NCBI GenBank assembly: GCA_965203315.1
Contig: OZ241857.1
Span: 864,001-928,000 of the forward strand
From: Nitrosopumilus sp.
GTDB taxonomy: Archaea; Thermoproteota; Nitrososphaeria; Nitrososphaerales; Nitrosopumilaceae
Reading direction: 5' to 3'
Length of the DNA: 64,000 bases
This document shows positions 62,517 through 64,000 of this stretch, piece after piece. The translations under genes were made by a program, and so were the position numbers. The notes under the pieces were generated by a model. The model saw only the letters and a program-made list of their open reading frames with translations, did not search any database and had not been told where the DNA came from. The stretch's first letter is position 1. Each line of letters opens with the position of its first letter.

Positions 62517-63173
62517 ATGGTATCATATCACACAATATTAGAACAATTAGAGTCTTTTTATCCCAATGATAAAGAAAAGTTTTGCATATTTTATTCATCT
62601 AGCGTATCTGATTATTGTACTGTATTGTATAAACAACCACAGCCAACTAGAAACCTGAATGGTGTAATGCATAATCTAGTCAAAACAATAACCTCCCAAG
62701 AGATACGAGATGTGCTAACAAAGACGTCAGGCATATATCACGCATTAGAGATGGTTTATCCTAAATCAGAGTATGATTCTATAAAAAATGGCACTTGTGT
62801 TCGTAATCATACTCTTAAAGATTCAGAGATTCGATGTTGTGATATGATTGTTTCGTCACATCAAGTAATCTGTCATTGCTGCAAAAAACCTGTCAGACGA
62901 CTCGATACTCATAGATTGCACAACATACAAGACATACAAGATATACAATCACATAGTTTATCTGATATCATGACACAATTCAAGAAGAGTGTAAATGCGC
63001 TAGAGCACAACAATAGACGTAAAAAGAATCCACTGTTGAGTCCTATAACGATGGGTGCAGGTTTAGTTAGTGGTCTATTATTAGGGGATATGATGATGAG
63101 CGATATAGCGATGAATGATACCATAACCTCAACAAATGACATCCAACAATTGAATATGTCACCAATTTATTGA
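62517..63173 (+). CDS. Cys/His-rich hypothetical protein with hydrophobic Gly-rich tail
   Basis: 218-aa ORF; TTTTAAA box about 25 bp upstream. Confidence 0.65.
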   Translation: MVSYHTILEQLESFYPNDKEKFCIFYSSSVSDYCTVLYKQPQPTRNLNGVMHNLVKTITSQEIRDVLTKTSGIYHALEMVYPKSEYDSIKNGTCVRNHTLKDSEIRCCDMIVSSHQVICHCCKKPVRRLDTHRLHNIQDIQDIQSHSLSDIMTQFKKSVNALEHNNRRKKNPLLSPITMGAGLVSGLLLGDMMMSDIAMNDTITSTNDIQQLNMSPIY

Positions 63174-63360
63174 GCAGAAATACCAAAACCGATCACATCA
63201 CATATCACCAAATTTGATCCAATATTCAAATGATGCTCCATAGATATCAGATATCATTTCACAAAATTGATCATAAGATATTGTCATTTCGGTTCTATAG
63301 TCGCCACCACACATGCTAGTCGGCAATTCTTAATATCAGAGATGTACACAGCGCACATAG

Positions 63361-64000
63361 TTGAATAAAGAAGAGATACTAGGAGAGTTTTCTGCAAACT
63401 CGGATAGATATTATAAAGTGAGACTCTTTGAAGATGAGGGATTTGTTCGACAGGCATGTACTAAATGTGGTAGGTTCTTTTGGACCCGTGATCCACAACG
63501 AGTCTTGTGTCCTGACGACGGGACAGACACGTACTCGTTTATTGGAGATCCGCCAACATCAAAGAGGTTCGATTATACAAAAGCGTGGCAACAGATCGAG
63601 TCGTTCTTTAAATCAAACGGACATACATCTGTACCACGTTATCCAGTAGTTTGTAGGTGGCGCGACGATCTATTTTTTACTATTGCGTCAATAGTAGACT
63701 TTCAGAGGGTTATGGGATCAAAGATAGTCTTCGAGTTCCCAGCAAACCCACTACTAGTTCCACAGACATGTCTCCGATTCAAAGATCTAGATAACGTTGG
63801 TGTGACAGGGCGGCACTTTTCGAGTTTCTGTATGATTGGTCAACATAGTGTTCCAGATCAAGGAGGCTATTGGAAAGACGAGTGTATAGAGTTGGACTAC
63901 AAGTTGTTAACAGAACAGTTTGGTATAGGCGGAGACGAGATAGTCTTTGTAGAAGATGTGTGGGCAGGAGGTGGTTCGTTTGGACCATCGCTAGAATATT
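63361..64000 (+). CDS. alaS: Alanyl-tRNA synthetase, 5' part (runs out of window)
   Basis: Manual translation MNKEEILGEF...CTKCGRFFWT...RYPVVCRWRDDLFFTIASIVDFQ...VGVTGRHFSSF. Confidence 0.95.
   Translation, partial: MNKEEILGEFSANSDRYYKVRLFEDEGFVRQACTKCGRFFWTRDPQRVLCPDDGTDTYSFIGDPPTSKRFDYTKAWQQIESFFKSNGHTSVPRYPVVCRWRDDLFFTIASIVDFQRVMGSKIVFEFPANPLLVPQTCLRFKDLDNVGVTGRHFSSFCMIGQHSVPDQGGYWKDECIELDYKLLTEQFGIGGDEIVFVEDVWAGGGSFGPSLEY

Overview
Archaeal chromosome segment with a Nitrosopumilaceae-type (Thaumarchaeota) gene set: Alba, Hel308-MCM-GINS, RFC-S, aIF6, HisRS, aIF5B, r-proteins, SecE-Spt5-L11, AlaRS, PckA and four tRNAs. The core is densely interrupted by mobile DNA: an intact IS66 that splits a PIN toxin gene, a frameshifted ISH3-type IS, an intact IS5/ISL2-type IS, IS481/IS630/IS66 remnants and at least three MITE families, one nested in another. 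Most notable observations: (i) Spt5/NusG carries a ~228-aa in-frame repetitive helical insertion inside its NGN domain; (ii) one ~115-bp MITE family repeatedly brackets accessory genes (TA module, TPR gene, tRNA-adjacent island); (iii) a DprA + PRTase two-gene module resembles ShosTA-type defence systems; (iv) an unannotated 29-aa two-Cys peptide gene has its own TATA box and terminator; (v) a surface protein contains near-identical 192-bp repeats; (vi) CTAG/GATC/TCGA palindromes look unusually abundant. All calls come from motif recognition by eye; no database searches were run.
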